Source: Octopus sinensis
Lineage: Eukaryota
Direction of reading: 5' to 3'
Assembly: GCF_006345805.1 (NCBI RefSeq)
Contig: NC_043005.1
Coordinates: 80,104,001 to 80,168,000, forward strand
Length of the DNA: 64,000 bases
Below the pieces are notes generated by a model. It was not told where the DNA came from, did not search any database, and worked only from the letters and a program-made list of their open reading frames with translations. Positions 1-12,592 of this stretch are shown piece by piece; the first letter of the stretch is position 1; every line of letters begins with the position of its first letter. Both the position numbers and the translations under genes were made by a program.

Positions 1-9
1 TTTTTGAAA

Positions 10-200
10 AATCTTAATGCTTGTAATGACCCTCCATTTACATTTAGATTTGGTTCCAATCATCACAAAGCAACTGGTTTACCCTGTCTAGAACCGGAGA
101 TAATTTTTTATAAATGAAGAATTGTTCTTCAACAATCTTTTATATTCATTTATTCGTGTTTTTGCTTAGATGATATTGGAAGTCTCTAACCTTTGTTCAT
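10..200 (-). mobile_element. Degenerate Penelope-like GIY-YIG fragment (tentative)
   Basis: Minus strand reads KTRINEYKRLLKNN..., then DDWNQI. This resembles the 'TRINEHKR...FDW' part of PLE endonucleases. Frameshifted; visual match only. Confidence 0.3.
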
Positions 201-209
201 TAACGTTTC

Positions 210-265
<56 letters not shown>

Positions 266-562
266 ATTCAGAACATGATGGCATGCCGAAAAAAAGAGAG
301 AAAAATAAAACTATGCGTTAGATTATCGATATATAAATACGAGGGTATTCAAAAAGGGAATGCAAATATAAAATAATCCAACATGTAGCATTCGGATAAT
401 CGATTTAGGTGAAAATATACAGTAACAGAAGTGGTACTGATCGATTTTACTATTTGATACTCACATAACTCTCAAACATACATACACAAACACACACAAA
501 TAGAGTAATCCCTCGACTACCGGGATAGGAGAAAATCTGCGAAGTAGAAGCAACACTATACG

Positions 563-565
<3 letters not shown>

Positions 566-600
<35 letters not shown>

Positions 601-616
601 CATCATCATCATCATC

Positions 617-653
<37 letters not shown>

Positions 654-710
654 GTCGTCATCATCATCATCATCATCATTATTATTATTAATATTATTAT
701 TATTATTATT
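566..710. repeat. (TAT)n/(CAT)n compound microsatellite
   Basis: Directly visible trinucleotide runs. Confidence 0.95.
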
Positions 711-942
711 TTTAAAATTTGTATATATTTATTTTATTAGAAATGCAAAACAACAGCACAGAGAAACTAACGTAAGCGTAAATAATAAACCGCGATAGGT
801 GAACCTCAATATGGCGAGGGATTACTGTTTATGTGGAAATAGGGACACCAAAAAACCCTAATTGTTATCAAGTGAACTGTAAGAACAGTGAATGAGAGCA
901 ACACATTTGTATTCTGTAAGGATATCTCAGGGAAGATTGCTA

Positions 943-1232
943 ACACTCCGTTTAATCGATTAACGAGACAGCAGACTCATGAAATTAGCGTGTAAGAAGC
1001 TGAACATCCGACAGACACCCTTAGCGCAGTTCTCGGGGAAATTCAGTGTGACACAGAATGTGACAAAAGTGGCCCTTTCAAATACAGGTGCAACTCATTT
1101 TTGCCAGCTGAGTAGACTGGAGCAACGTGAAATAAAGATCCTCGATAAAGGACACAAGGCGCTGCCTGATATCGAACTCACGAATTTAGAACTGCGAACG
1201 GACTACCCTAACCACTAAACCACGAGCATTCA
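943..1232 (-). mobile_element. tRNA-derived SINE family 1 (V-domain-like body)
   Basis: Reverse complement matches the copies at 36604 and 32446: tRNA-like head, then 'gtgtccttgagcaagacac...ctcagctggcaaaaatgagt'. Confidence 0.8.
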
Positions 1233-1508
1233 CAAGAGAAAATTACTAGAATAAGAAATCCTACGGTGTAGGGAATGGGCTTGGCTTTTCGGAAAATCAT
1301 CACCAGCTGAAGTTCAATTTATTCACACTTTCCTAAGTCCAAGGAATTCATTTCAACTTGATAGTTTGCTATGACATTTCCAGGATAATACTAAAGGCGA
1401 GTGGAGATGTGAAGAATTGTAAAACGGAACCGCACCTAAAATTCTGCATTGGCCATGGACATTCCTTTAGCGAGAGATGATATTTCATGGACATTAGTGG
1501 ACTATCTG

Positions 1509-1547
<39 letters not shown>

Positions 1548-1601
1548 CTATCTTGCTACCTATTTATATATCTATCTATTTCTCTCTCTCTTTCTCTCTC
1601 T

Positions 1602-1685
<84 letters not shown>

Positions 1686-1796
1686 CAACATACACACATA
1701 TATGCACTCACACATACGGAGACATACCCAAACACGCACAGACACATAAATATACATACATGCATGTATATATATATATATATGTATGTGTGTGCG

Positions 1797-1829
<33 letters not shown>

Positions 1830-1832
1830 GTA

Positions 1833-2172
1833 GGCGCAGCAATGGCTGTGTGATAAGTAGCTTGCTTACCAACCACAGGCCGACCAAAGTCTTGTCAGTG
1901 GATTTGATAGACGGAAAAGGAAAGAAGTCCGTCGCATATATGTGATTATGTTTTTTGAGTCTGTGTGTGTATATGTGTGTGTGTCCACCATCGCTTGGCA
2001 ACTGATGTTGGTGTACTTACGTCCCTGTAACTTAGCAGTTCGGCAAATGAGAACGATAGAATAAGTACTCGGCTTACAAAGAATAAGTCCTGGGGTCAAT
2101 TTGTTTGACTAAAGGCGGTGCTCTAAATGGCTGAGGTCAAATGACTGAGCCAAATAAAAGAATTAAAAATAA
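1833..2172 (+). mobile_element. tRNA-derived SINE family 2 (Meta-domain-like, internal TA/TG microsatellite), internally deleted
   Basis: Head 'ggcgcagcaatggctgtgtg...taagtagcttgcttaccaacc', body 'gccgaccaaagtcttgtcagtggatttg', tail 'aaaggcggtgctc...caaatgactga'. Confidence 0.85.
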
Positions 2173-2212
2173 AGGAATATATACATACATGAATACACAC
2201 AAATGTCTCTGT

Positions 2213-2266
<54 letters not shown>

Positions 2267-2844
2267 TCACATACACATATGTGTTTGTATGTACATATAC
2301 ATTTCTAAATATGTCCATGGGCGCGTGTTCAAATGAATAGCCACCTAATCTACATACACGTCCATAAACGTTGCTACAGAATTACTGTCCTGCCAGATCA
2401 AATATATGTGTGATTATTTCAAGCAAAGAAATTAGTGCCAACCTGCGAGACAAGTTGGACCACTTTATGGACTTCATGTATTTAGAGTTTCGTAACATGA
2501 AACGTTGTTCCATGTTTTGCTATGTGAATGAAAACAAAACCTGAGACAATTCATATTTTCTGAGTGAATATCAGGTCGTTTAGTGCAAATCTGAATCACT
2601 GGTGGCTGTCAATGCTTGCTGTTGATGTTCTTATGTTATTGGTTTTACGTTTAGCAACACCCATTATGAGGTAGTCTTGTATATATGTGTGCAAATGTAT
2701 CTTTTCTGACTTTCGATTTATCTAAGTATCTGTTTGTCAATCTGTCTATCTATCACGCTATGAGTCTATTTTGAATCTATTTATCTATCAATCTGTCAGT
2801 CTGTCATCTGTCTATCAAGCTATGAATCTATTTATCAATTTGTC

Positions 2845-3067
<223 letters not shown>

Positions 3068-4442
3068 AAAGAAGGAGGGCTGGGCATGCCGTGGATGATG
3101 ATGCGCAGACACGCGCTGAGACTGCGACATCTCTGGCTCTATGTAGACGCCGGTGAACAGGTGTGGTCGCCGTTTGTGAGGCACGCTTTCCCGCAGCTCG
3201 TCTCCATGACCGAACTGCAGTCGTGGATCAAAAAGATGCCGAGTAAGGGCGAATGGCACCGCGAGTGTCGCGTTGCTCTCAAGCAACTCTGCCGTCCTGG
3301 GTCGACCTTGAGTGACTTCAACACAACCAAAGCATTCTATAGGGGATTAGTGGAGGGGAGGTACGACGACGAGCTCGGGGCGAACCTGGACGTCGACGAG
3401 GAGTACCTGACCCGCCTGTTCAGGACGACTTTCGGGCCAGGGCCCATGGACAACTTCCAGAGATCCCTGGCCTGGCAGTGTTACCGAGAAGCGCTACCCG
3501 TTCGGGATAAGCTCTACAGACACGGCTCGAGAAACACGGGGCCGACCTGCCCGAGATGCGGTCAGAGCGACGAAACCGTTCTGCACGCACTCGTGCAGTG
3601 TCCAACAATTTCCGACCTGTGGGCTTGTGTCGAACAACTGCTGTCACGTGTGGGACGAGTCGGTTTATCAGCTGAGTCTATCGTCAATATTGTCACGCCT
3701 CCTTCCTTCAAACGGGAAGGAAGAGCTATTTTCATCATCCTTGTGGCTATGGCGAAAGAATGTATCTGGTGGACGCATCTGAAAGGATTGGAGACAAACA
3801 CTTTCCTCTCTGGTCAATCTCTCATCAACTTCTTCAAGTACCACTTGAAAAGGAAAGTGAGAGTAGAGAGGCAAGTTTTGTCTAGCGAATGTTTTAAAAA
3901 AAGATAGGTGAATGTAGCAAGGATGGCACGTATGAATGACGAAGCCACCTTGAGCATAATCCTATGAATCCAGAAATTGAAAACAGAGGGTTACCCACTT
4001 GCAAACAAATGTGGTAACATAACAATATTGACCAAGGTTACCGTGGTCTTTTTCGTAGGCTTTTCTTCCCACGGATAAACCTTACTTGCTTTCCCCTTTA
4101 CACCATATATCATAACACTGTGATACACGATCCCTATTGATCGTTCTTTTTTTCCTCTTCCCCTTTTTTCCCCCTTTTTTCTTCTTTTTTCATTTCTCTT
4201 TTTCTTTGTTTTCTTTTCTTTTTTTTTCTTTTTTTTTCTTCTTTTTTTATTCCATTTATTAATTTTTAAAATCTTTTTTTTGTTCTTTTCTTCCCTTTTA
4301 CGATCCCTCTTGATCGAAAACCTACGCCACCCCTTTTTTTTCTTTTGTTTTTTGTTTTTTTCATCCCCCAAAAGAAAAGCTCTACCTTGTAACTTGTCCC
4401 ATCTGTGTGCAGCCCTGTGTGGCCAATAAAGAAACTTATCTA
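3068..4442 (+). mobile_element. Tx1/L1-type LINE copy 1, 5'-truncated (ORF2 C-terminus with zinc knuckle, plus 3' UTR)
   Basis: Open frame KEGGLGMPW...CPRCGQSDETVLHALVQC...KR. TAG at 3905-3907 replaces the TGG seen in copy 3, and the frame continues to ~3967. The T-rich 3' UTR ends 'ccaataaagaaacttatcta'. Confidence 0.9.
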
Positions 4443-4446
4443 AAAA

Positions 4447-4600
4447 TTCTTCTGTGATATACGATCCCTTTTGATCGTCTCCCCCCACCATCCCTTTTGA
4501 TCGGAATTTTATTTTAGTTTTTTCATTTTCTAAAAGAAAAGCTCTACATTCGTATTTGTCCACTCTGTGTTCAACCCAGGGTGGCCAATAAGAACGTTAG
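4447..4600 (+). mobile_element. Second, variant 3'-UTR fragment of the same LINE
   Basis: Repeats 'tctgtgatatacgatcccttttgatcg...aaaagaaaagctctac...gtggccaataagaa', followed by TATC/TGTC repeats. Confidence 0.85.
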
Positions 4601-4675
4601 CTATCTATCTGTCTGTCTGTCTTTCTGTCTGTCTATCTATCTATCTCTCTCTCTATCTATCTATTTATCTATCTA

Positions 4676-6082
4676 TCGCCAGGCAATGGGCCGAGAGGAA
4701 ACTGTCCCTAAAAGGGCGGGCGGAGGTGGCGAATTCGTATATCGCGTCCGTCATCTAATAACGCCTGACCGTCGTGCCTTGTCCCGACCCTACCATCACC
4801 AAACTAGAACGCATTATCTTTCGCTTCTTGTGGAAAGGATGCCTCCGGATGGTCAGGCGATCCATTTGCTGTCAACACCCGTTAAAAGGAGGACTGGACA
4901 TGCCGTGGTTGATGATGCGCAGTGACGCGCTGAGACTGCGACATCTCAGGCTCTACATAGACGACGGTGAACAGGTGTGGTCGCCGTTTGTGAGGCACGC
5001 TTTCCCGCAACTCGTCTCCATGACCGAACTGCAATCATGGATCAAAATGAGGCCGAGAAAGGGCGAATGCAACGCGAGTGTCGCGTTGCTCTCAAGCAAC
5101 TCTGCCGTCCAAGGTCGACCTTGAGTGACTTCAACACAACCAAAGCATTCTATAGGGGATTAGTGGAGGGGAGGTACGACTACGAGCTCGGGGCGAACCT
5201 GGACGTCGACGAGGAATACCTGACCCGCCTGTTCAGGACGACTTTCGAGCCAGGGCCCATGGACAACTTCCAGAGATCCCTTGCCTGGCAGTGTTACCGA
5301 GAAGCGCTACCCGTTCGGGATAAGCTCTACAAACACGGCTCGAGAAACACCGGACCGACCTGCCCGAGATGCGGTCTGAGCTACGAAGCTGCTATGCACG
5401 CACTCGTGCAGTGTCCAACAATTTCCGACCTCTGGGCTTATGTCGAACAACAGCTGTCACGTGTGGGACGAGTCTGTTTATCAGCCGAGTCTATCGTCAA
5501 TACTGTCCATCAAACGGGAAGGAAGAGCTACTTTCATCATCCTTGTGGCTATGGCGAAAGAATGTATCTGGTGGACGCGTCTGAAAGGATTGGATACAAA
5601 CACGTTCCTCTCTGGTCAAGCTCTCATCAACTTCTTCAAGTATCACTTGAAAAGGAAAGTGAGAGTAGAGAGGCAAGTTTTGTCTAGCGAATGTTTAAAA
5701 AAAAATGATGGGTAGCAAGGATGGCACGTATGAATGACGAAGCCACTATGCACACGGAAATTTAAAACAGAGGGTTACCCACTTGCAAACAAATGTGGTG
5801 ACATGTAACAATATTGACCGAGGTTACCGTGGTCATTTCCGTAGGCGTTTCTTCCCACGGATAAACCTTATCTGCTTCCCCCTTCACACCTTACATCATG
5901 GCACTGTGATACACAATACCTATTCGTTTTTTTCTTCTTTTGTTTCTTTTCCTTTTACGATCCCTTTTGATCGAAAACCTACCCCATTTTTTAATTTTTT
6001 TTTCTCTCCCCCAAAAAGAAAAGCTCTACTTTGTAATCTGTCCCGTCTGTGTGCAGCCTTGTGTGGCTAATAAAGAAACATA
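4676..6082 (+). mobile_element. Tx1/L1-type LINE copy 2, 5'-truncated, frameshifted
   Basis: ORFs 4774-5124, 4977-5687 and 5440-5715 overlap the same ORF2 peptide (RQWAERKLSLKGRAEVAN...CPRCG...HALVQC). Starts inside a TATC array and ends in TATC. Confidence 0.9.
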
Positions 6083-6086
6083 TCTA

Positions 6087-6151
<65 letters not shown>

Positions 6152-6161
6152 TTATTTATCT

Positions 6162-6470
6162 TTTTCTTTTTTTTCTTCTTTTTTCCCTTTTGATCGAAAA
6201 ACCTGCGCTACCTTTTTATTTTCATCCCCCAAAAGAAAAGCTCTACCTTGTAACTTGTTCCATCTGTGTGCAGCCCTGTATGGCCAATAAAGAAACTTAT
6301 CTATCTATCTTCTGTGATATACGATCCCTTTTGATCGTCTTTTTACCCCCCCCCCCGCCCGATCCCTTTTGATCGGAATTTTACATTTGTTTTTTCATTT
6401 TCTAAAAGAAAAGCTCTACATTTGTATTTGTCCACTCTGTGTTCAACCCTGTGTGGCCAATAAGAAAGAT
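6162..6470 (+). mobile_element. Two further stacked LINE 3'-UTR fragments, each ending in (TATC)n
   Basis: 6162-6297 and 6310-6470 repeat the terminal ~140-160 bp of the UTR, separated by tatctatctatct. Confidence 0.85.
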
Positions 6471-6474
6471 ATAT

Positions 6475-6912
<438 letters not shown>

Positions 6913-6919
6913 TGTTATT

Positions 6920-7452
6920 ATTGTGGGGAAAGAGCAGTGCATGCCATCAAATTGACCCTGAGATAAAATATACGAAGCCTCAGTACCCCCATCCTGACTA
7001 CCCGTCTGATAAGTGCATCACAACCATATTTGCATGAAATGGTGATCTCATATCAAGGTAAACAGCGCATGAGCTTGCCCAGATAGAATTTTCTTTAGGT
7101 CGAATAGCACATCTCACTCAAGAGGAACCTGAATAAGGCTTGTTTAAATGTGTTGAAGGAAACACTCATGTTTCCAGAGGTGAATTATTCAAGCCCCCCA
7201 AATTTCCTTTGAACGCATGGCTATGATGCTCCCACAATACTTCTGTTCGAGATTAGAGATGCACATATCGTCAGCCAATAAGGGACATGCTCAACTGGTT
7301 GTGGTCAAACGACTGACAAGCAAATCTGTGGTATTGAGCAGAATATTTGCTGTAGCCCATCTTTTATACCAAGACACAACAATGTACTTTATAACACTTC
7401 CAGTCAGGTAAGATCAAAAGTGATGGGAGCCACTGCCTGGTACTGCATAAAG
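6920..7452 (-). mobile_element. ~550-bp non-coding retroposon-like element flanked by (AAT)n
   Basis: Homologous to 25571-26175 (+) and 8278-8590 (-). In that orientation it starts 'gcc..atgcagtaccaggcagtggctc' and ends 'gcactgctct...aataataa'. Confidence 0.75.
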
Positions 7453-7454
7453 GC

Positions 7455-7545
<91 letters not shown>

Positions 7546-7569
7546 TATTATTATCATCATCATCATTAT

Positions 7570-8170
7570 TACTAGCAGAATGACAGCCCTCCTGGCGGTT
7601 TTCTGCTAGCCCCTTGATAATATTTTCACATTTGATTCCAATTTCTAATAGTTTTCTATATTTTACGTATAATTATTTCTTTTTATAATAGTGCTCACTT
7701 CATTAGCAAATATTGATTCCATTTTTTTAACAGCATTTTCTTCCCCGTCGTTAATAATTATGTCTGCTCTATTAGCTTGGATTTTCTGCCAGATTTGGAA
7801 AATTCCAGTGTATAGTGGCATATCTACTTCAACAACCAACTCAGCATGGTGTTCTAATCAGCAGGAGCCTCTATTTTGTATTGTTTACATATTTCCCAAT
7901 GTAAATATTGTCCTAACCTATCATGGTGATTTTTATATTCTTTTGGCGTTAGTACAGGACATCCGAAACGAGATGGTCTATTGTTTCGTGAAATGTATTG
8001 TAGAATCTACATTTTGAGTCAGTACCGTTTTGAAGCATGGTAATCACTACTAAACATGATCTGATCTTTTGTCGCAAGTATGAAACCTTCAGCCTCTCCT
8101 TTCAATACTGCGCTCCTCAGCCACTTTTGGGCTGACTTAGAGGAATATATTGTCCGAGTAGGGGCTTCGT
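7570..8170 (-). mobile_element. R4/Dong-like non-LTR retrotransposon 3' fragment (zinc knuckle and RLE region), degenerate
   Basis: Minus strand gives QKWLRSAVLKGEAEGFILATKDQ..., then degenerate ETIDHLVSGCPVL-like and WxHHAELVVEV...ANRADIII motifs. Flanked by AAT/GAT repeats on both sides. Confidence 0.8.
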
Positions 8171-8186
8171 TATCATCATCATCATT

Positions 8187-8218
<32 letters not shown>

Positions 8219-8223
8219 TATCA

Positions 8224-8277
<54 letters not shown>

Positions 8278-8278
<1 letters not shown>

Positions 8279-8590
8279 GTAAAAGAGCGGCGCCTGCCAT
8301 CAAAGTGATAGTGGGTTGCAAATATATACAAAGTCCTATATACAGATCATGACTACCGGTCTGATAAGGGTACACCTGGAACATGCATCACAACCATATA
8401 TATGTAACATGTTGATCTATCAAGATAAACAGCGGGTGACCTTCCAGTTGGGGCCCAGTTAGAATTTTCTTCATGTCGAAAAAAGGTTATTTAGTGATAA
8501 TGAATGAAACACTCATGTTTCCAGAAGTGAATTATTCAAATCCCAAAGAATTCCTTTCAATACATGGCTATGATGCTCACTAACTACTCC
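8278..8590 (-). mobile_element. Partial copy (3' half) of the ~550-bp AAT-tailed element
   Basis: Similar to 6920-7230 ('gccatcaaagtga...ctgataagggtacac...tgaattattcaaa'). Confidence 0.75.
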
Positions 8591-8879
8591 TGCTCGTAAT
8601 TAGATATGTATATTTATTTATTTTTTTAATGATTTCATTTAAAGTGGAGACTAAACTAAAGTAAAATGTACAGATGTTTTGATAGCAATCTCTAACGCCA
8701 CTTTCGTCACAAGCAACCATAAAAACCTTTCCAAGTGCCCACAGATGTGTTATACTGGCCACATTTAGAAGGACAGTATAACAACTATTGTTGAGGGCTT
8801 TGATTATGTCTTTAATCTTTGGATGTAGTTTTGTTAAATGTTTCTCATTGAACCCAAGTAAGGTCCATAGGATGATATT
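8580..8879 (-). other. 99-codon stop-free frame in non-repetitive DNA (possible exon)
   Basis: NIILWTLLGFNEKHLTKLHPKIKDIIKALNNSCYTVLLNVASITHLWALGKVFMVACDESGVRDCYQNI... No strong splice sites and no recognised family. Confidence 0.15.
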
Positions 8880-10061
8880 TTATGGTATGATATGTATGAG
8901 TTCAAATTGAAGGCTTCAGTAGACAAATACAAATATTTTAGTAGGGTAACAGGGTAACACCGTCTGTAAGATAGGTAGTGAGGAAAGATGAGACAAAATA
9001 TAAAATAAAATAGAACAAAAACAAGTAAAACAGGATAAGGTACAATAATGCAGGAGAATGAAAATAGAATAAAATAAAACAGTATAAAATATAGTAAATG
9101 TAGTAGAATACAAAGAGTTTAATTGTCTGTCATAGATCGATGGATATAAAATTTTCTTCTAAAGTTTACGGAAAAATAAACTTTAAGGGTTCGTGAATAT
9201 AAAAGTATTAAAATTTCAAGCATGCGTAAAAAAATTAGTAGATATAAGAAAGAGGTTTAAATGTAGATAGTTATATAAATGGATAGACAGTCAGAAAAAT
9301 GGTTCGATAGTTAGACAGATAGACAGACAGACAGACCGATCGATAGATAACCATGTTACCTGAGATACATTAACACATTAGAACATAATTCTATCTGGTG
9401 GTCCTTTGTTATTGTTGAACATAACATTTCCTGTTTCTAGTAAATGGGCTGATATAATGGTGATGTTTTCGAATGAATTCGATTCCTCTCTTTGTACCGG
9501 TAATGAATACATATACTTTACTTTTTGTTAAAGAACCTTTTCTGGACATCGTCGTTGTCGTCATGTATCGTATGCTTTGAGTCGCGCTGATGACACTAGA
9601 ACAAAAGTCCTCCCGATTGAGCACCAGTCCTCCTATCGGATGAAGCCATAGCTTTACTTCGTTACGACTTTCTGTTAGTTTTTCTGGACAAGGCTATAGT
9701 GGGGGGAGAGTTGCCATTCCTTTCTCCAATCTGATGTTGGCACACAGAGAACTCATCGGTCCTTTGATAGTTCGTTATTGGCCCTCCTGTGTGTCCAGAC
9801 ACCCTGCTCCAAAGAGTACGCATCACTACGTTTAAAGGAATGGCACATGTGTTCGCTATACATTTAAAGTAAATTGTTCTTTGATCAATGGAATGACAAC
9901 ACTGGCTTCCATTAAACACTATGTTCATTTTCTAGATCTAGCTCTCTATGGCTTTATAAAAAGCGCCAGTTTATAATTATGTAAACTTATACTGAGATAG
10001 TTCCCAGCTAATAGCATTCAGTAACTTGGGTGTTATCGTAAGAAACATCTTTTGCGCCCTT

Positions 10062-10298
10062 TTAAAGCCTAGCTAGGCTCATGGGCCCGGTTTCCCGGTT
10101 TCTATGGAGTATGTGTTCCCCAGCTAGACGGGACGCTAGTCCATCGCAGCGTTACTCATTTTTGCCAGCTGAGTGAACTAGAGCAACGTGAAATGAAGAG
10201 TGTTGCTCAAGAAGACAATGCGTCGCCCGGTCCAGGAATCGAAACCACAATCTTAAGATCATGGTGCTGACACCCTAATCACAAAGCTACGCGCCTCC
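10062..10298 (-). mobile_element. tRNA-derived SINE (family 1 head, V-SINE-type tail)
   Basis: Reverse complement: 'ggaggcgcgtagctttgtgattaggg...ttcgattcctggacc...gatggactagcgtcccgtctagctgggg'. Confidence 0.8.
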
Positions 10299-10656
10299 AG
10301 CGTAAGAAACTTAAGACATTACAAGGGGATATTGAGATTAATGGTAAAAAAATAATACGCAAAGTCCCTTAATATTTTGAGCTTTCAACGTTTGTATTTA
10401 TCATCTCCACTTAAAAAATTATTTAAACATTAATCTACTACTTAAGAAGCAACCTGAGGCTAAGAGTGTCAAGGTTAATTTGTCTTAGTGCCAGAAAAAG
10501 AAGACGTTATCCACGAAAGAATTGAATTCGTAATGATATTTTAATTACTCATTCATGCGAGGTTTTGGGTAAAATTTTGTGCCAGTTGTAATACTTTAGG
10601 ACGCCAGTTGTACACACACACACGCACATAACGCGACGTATGAGTGAGTGTGTGTG

Positions 10657-10736
<80 letters not shown>

Positions 10737-11300
10737 GGCAGCTGACGTATGAATGTTCAACTTTTTTTCCGAACGACCAGTACAAATGATTTGTTTATAG
10801 TAATCAGATTTTCACGCTGCACATTAGCTCACTGCCTCCATCAAATCAATGTTACCTGGATAAGTGCACTGTATGCCATGCGTTAGGTGTCGACGTGATC
10901 GCAGAGCCGCGTGAAATGAAGTGTTTTGAGATTCTGTTGCGTGAATATGTATGCGCAACAGCGTGCATATGCATATATTTGCACATACATATATACAACG
11001 AAAGCTAGCGCGCGCGTGCAATAGAATCTCAAACAGACAAAAGGAAGGCAGCTCCGGAAACACCTAGTGACAAGGTTGCAAAAGCAACGAAAATATTTGG
11101 AAGATAAGAAAAATGATGAATGAAAATTGAACTGGCGTGGATTTTAGGCAGTATGACTCTCCTCAGACAAAATAATATTTGTTTCAACACACGAATTCAT
11201 ATAAAGAATCTTGTAAATCAAATAAAACACTAAATATCTATATATGTAAATACACACTCACTCATACACACACACACGCGCGTATATATGTATATATATA

Positions 11301-12558
11301 CGAGGGGCGTTCAATAAGTAATGCCCCTGACCCACTTGCAGTTATTTGATCTAGCATGTGCACTTATTTATACCTCTATAGATTAAGTGGCGAATTACAG
11401 CTCTGAACTAATTGTGGTTTCTGATTTACAGGTGTTTGAACTGAGTCAAGTGTGAAATGGAGCCTGTTGAGTGTCGAGCAGTGATCCGGTTTTTGTATTT
11501 GAAAGGACGCACACCACGGGAGACTTTTGATGAAATGAAAGTAACTTATGGTGATGATGCCTCATCATATGACCTTGTAAAACGCTGGCATTGTGAATTC
11601 AAACATAGTCGGAACTCTGTGGAAACAGCTCCCAGATCTGGTCGCCCCCTTCTGCCGTTGATGAGACGTCTGTCCGTCAAAATGAGGCTGCCATTTTGGA
11701 AGGTCAACGCATAACTATTCGCCAAATAGCCCATAAGGTCAAGATTAGTACCGGGTCTGTGGAAACTATCATTCATGACCATTTGCATATGCAAAAGGTG
11801 TCTGCCAGATGGATTCCCAGGTTGCTCACACCTTTCCAGAAGCAAGAACGCGTCGAGTGTTCGAGGATGAACTTGGAGATGTGCCAAGAAGATGAGTCAA
11901 AATTTTTCAAAAGACTGATCACACAGGATAAAACCTGGGTTCATCACTATGATCCATAGACCAAAGCCCAGTCAATGCAGTGAAAGCACCGTGACTCACC
12001 TCCTCCAAAGAAGGCAAGGGTGCAGCCCTCCGCTGGCAAGGTTATGGTCACAGTCTTCTGGGACCAGGACGGAGTAGTGATGACAGATTTCCTGGCAAAG
12101 GGTATCACAATTACAGGAGCCTATTATGCTTCACTTTTGAGGAAATTAAGAGAAGCTATCAAAATCAAGAGGCGGGGCAAGATCAGCAAAGGCATCCTCC
12201 TCCTGCAGGACAACGCTCTGGTCGACAACTCGTGTGTCGCCAGATCAGAAGCACAGGCGTGCAGCTATGAACTCCTCCCCTTGCACCCACTGATTTTCAC
12301 CTCTTCCCAGCCATGAAGTTGATTTTGAAAGGAAAGCGTTTCCCAGATGATGCAGCCTTGATTTCTGAAGTCACGTCGTGATTGGAGGACCAAGCTGGGG
12401 TCTTCTACAAAAACGGTCTCCAGAGCTGTATCAAACGATGGGAGAAATGCATAACTCTGGGTAGTTCCTATGTAGGAAAAGACTAATAACTGTGCCAAGT
12501 GTCGTTGCTCTACTGCTATGGGAAGTGGGTCAGGGGCATTACTTATTGAACGCCCCTC

Positions 12559-12559
<1 letters not shown>
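11301..12559 (+). mobile_element. Full-length mariner DNA transposon, inactive
   Basis: Perfect 37-bp TIRs (cgaggggcgttcaataagtaatgcccctgacccactt at 11301-11337, reverse complement at 12523-12559). TA on the left, TG then (TA)n on the right. Confidence 0.97.
11457..12485 (+). pseudogene. Mariner D,D34D transposase with frameshifts and stops
   Basis: MEPVECRAVIRFLYLKG...RSGRP; WIPRLLT...ITQDKTWVHHYDP; KVMVTVFWDQDG...QDNA. Split across ORFs 11457, 11696 and 12020. Confidence 0.93.

Positions 12560-12589
<30 letters not shown>

Positions 12590-12592
<3 letters not shown>

Noticed and set aside
3991-4563. 190-aa Lys/Arg-rich minus-strand ORF
   Set aside because: It is the antisense reading of the T-rich LINE 3' UTR.
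9830-9928. 'CCHSIDQRTIYF' as a Cys-loop/chemotactile receptor loop C
   Set aside because: The spacing to the pre-M1 motif is far too short, and no transmembrane helices follow.
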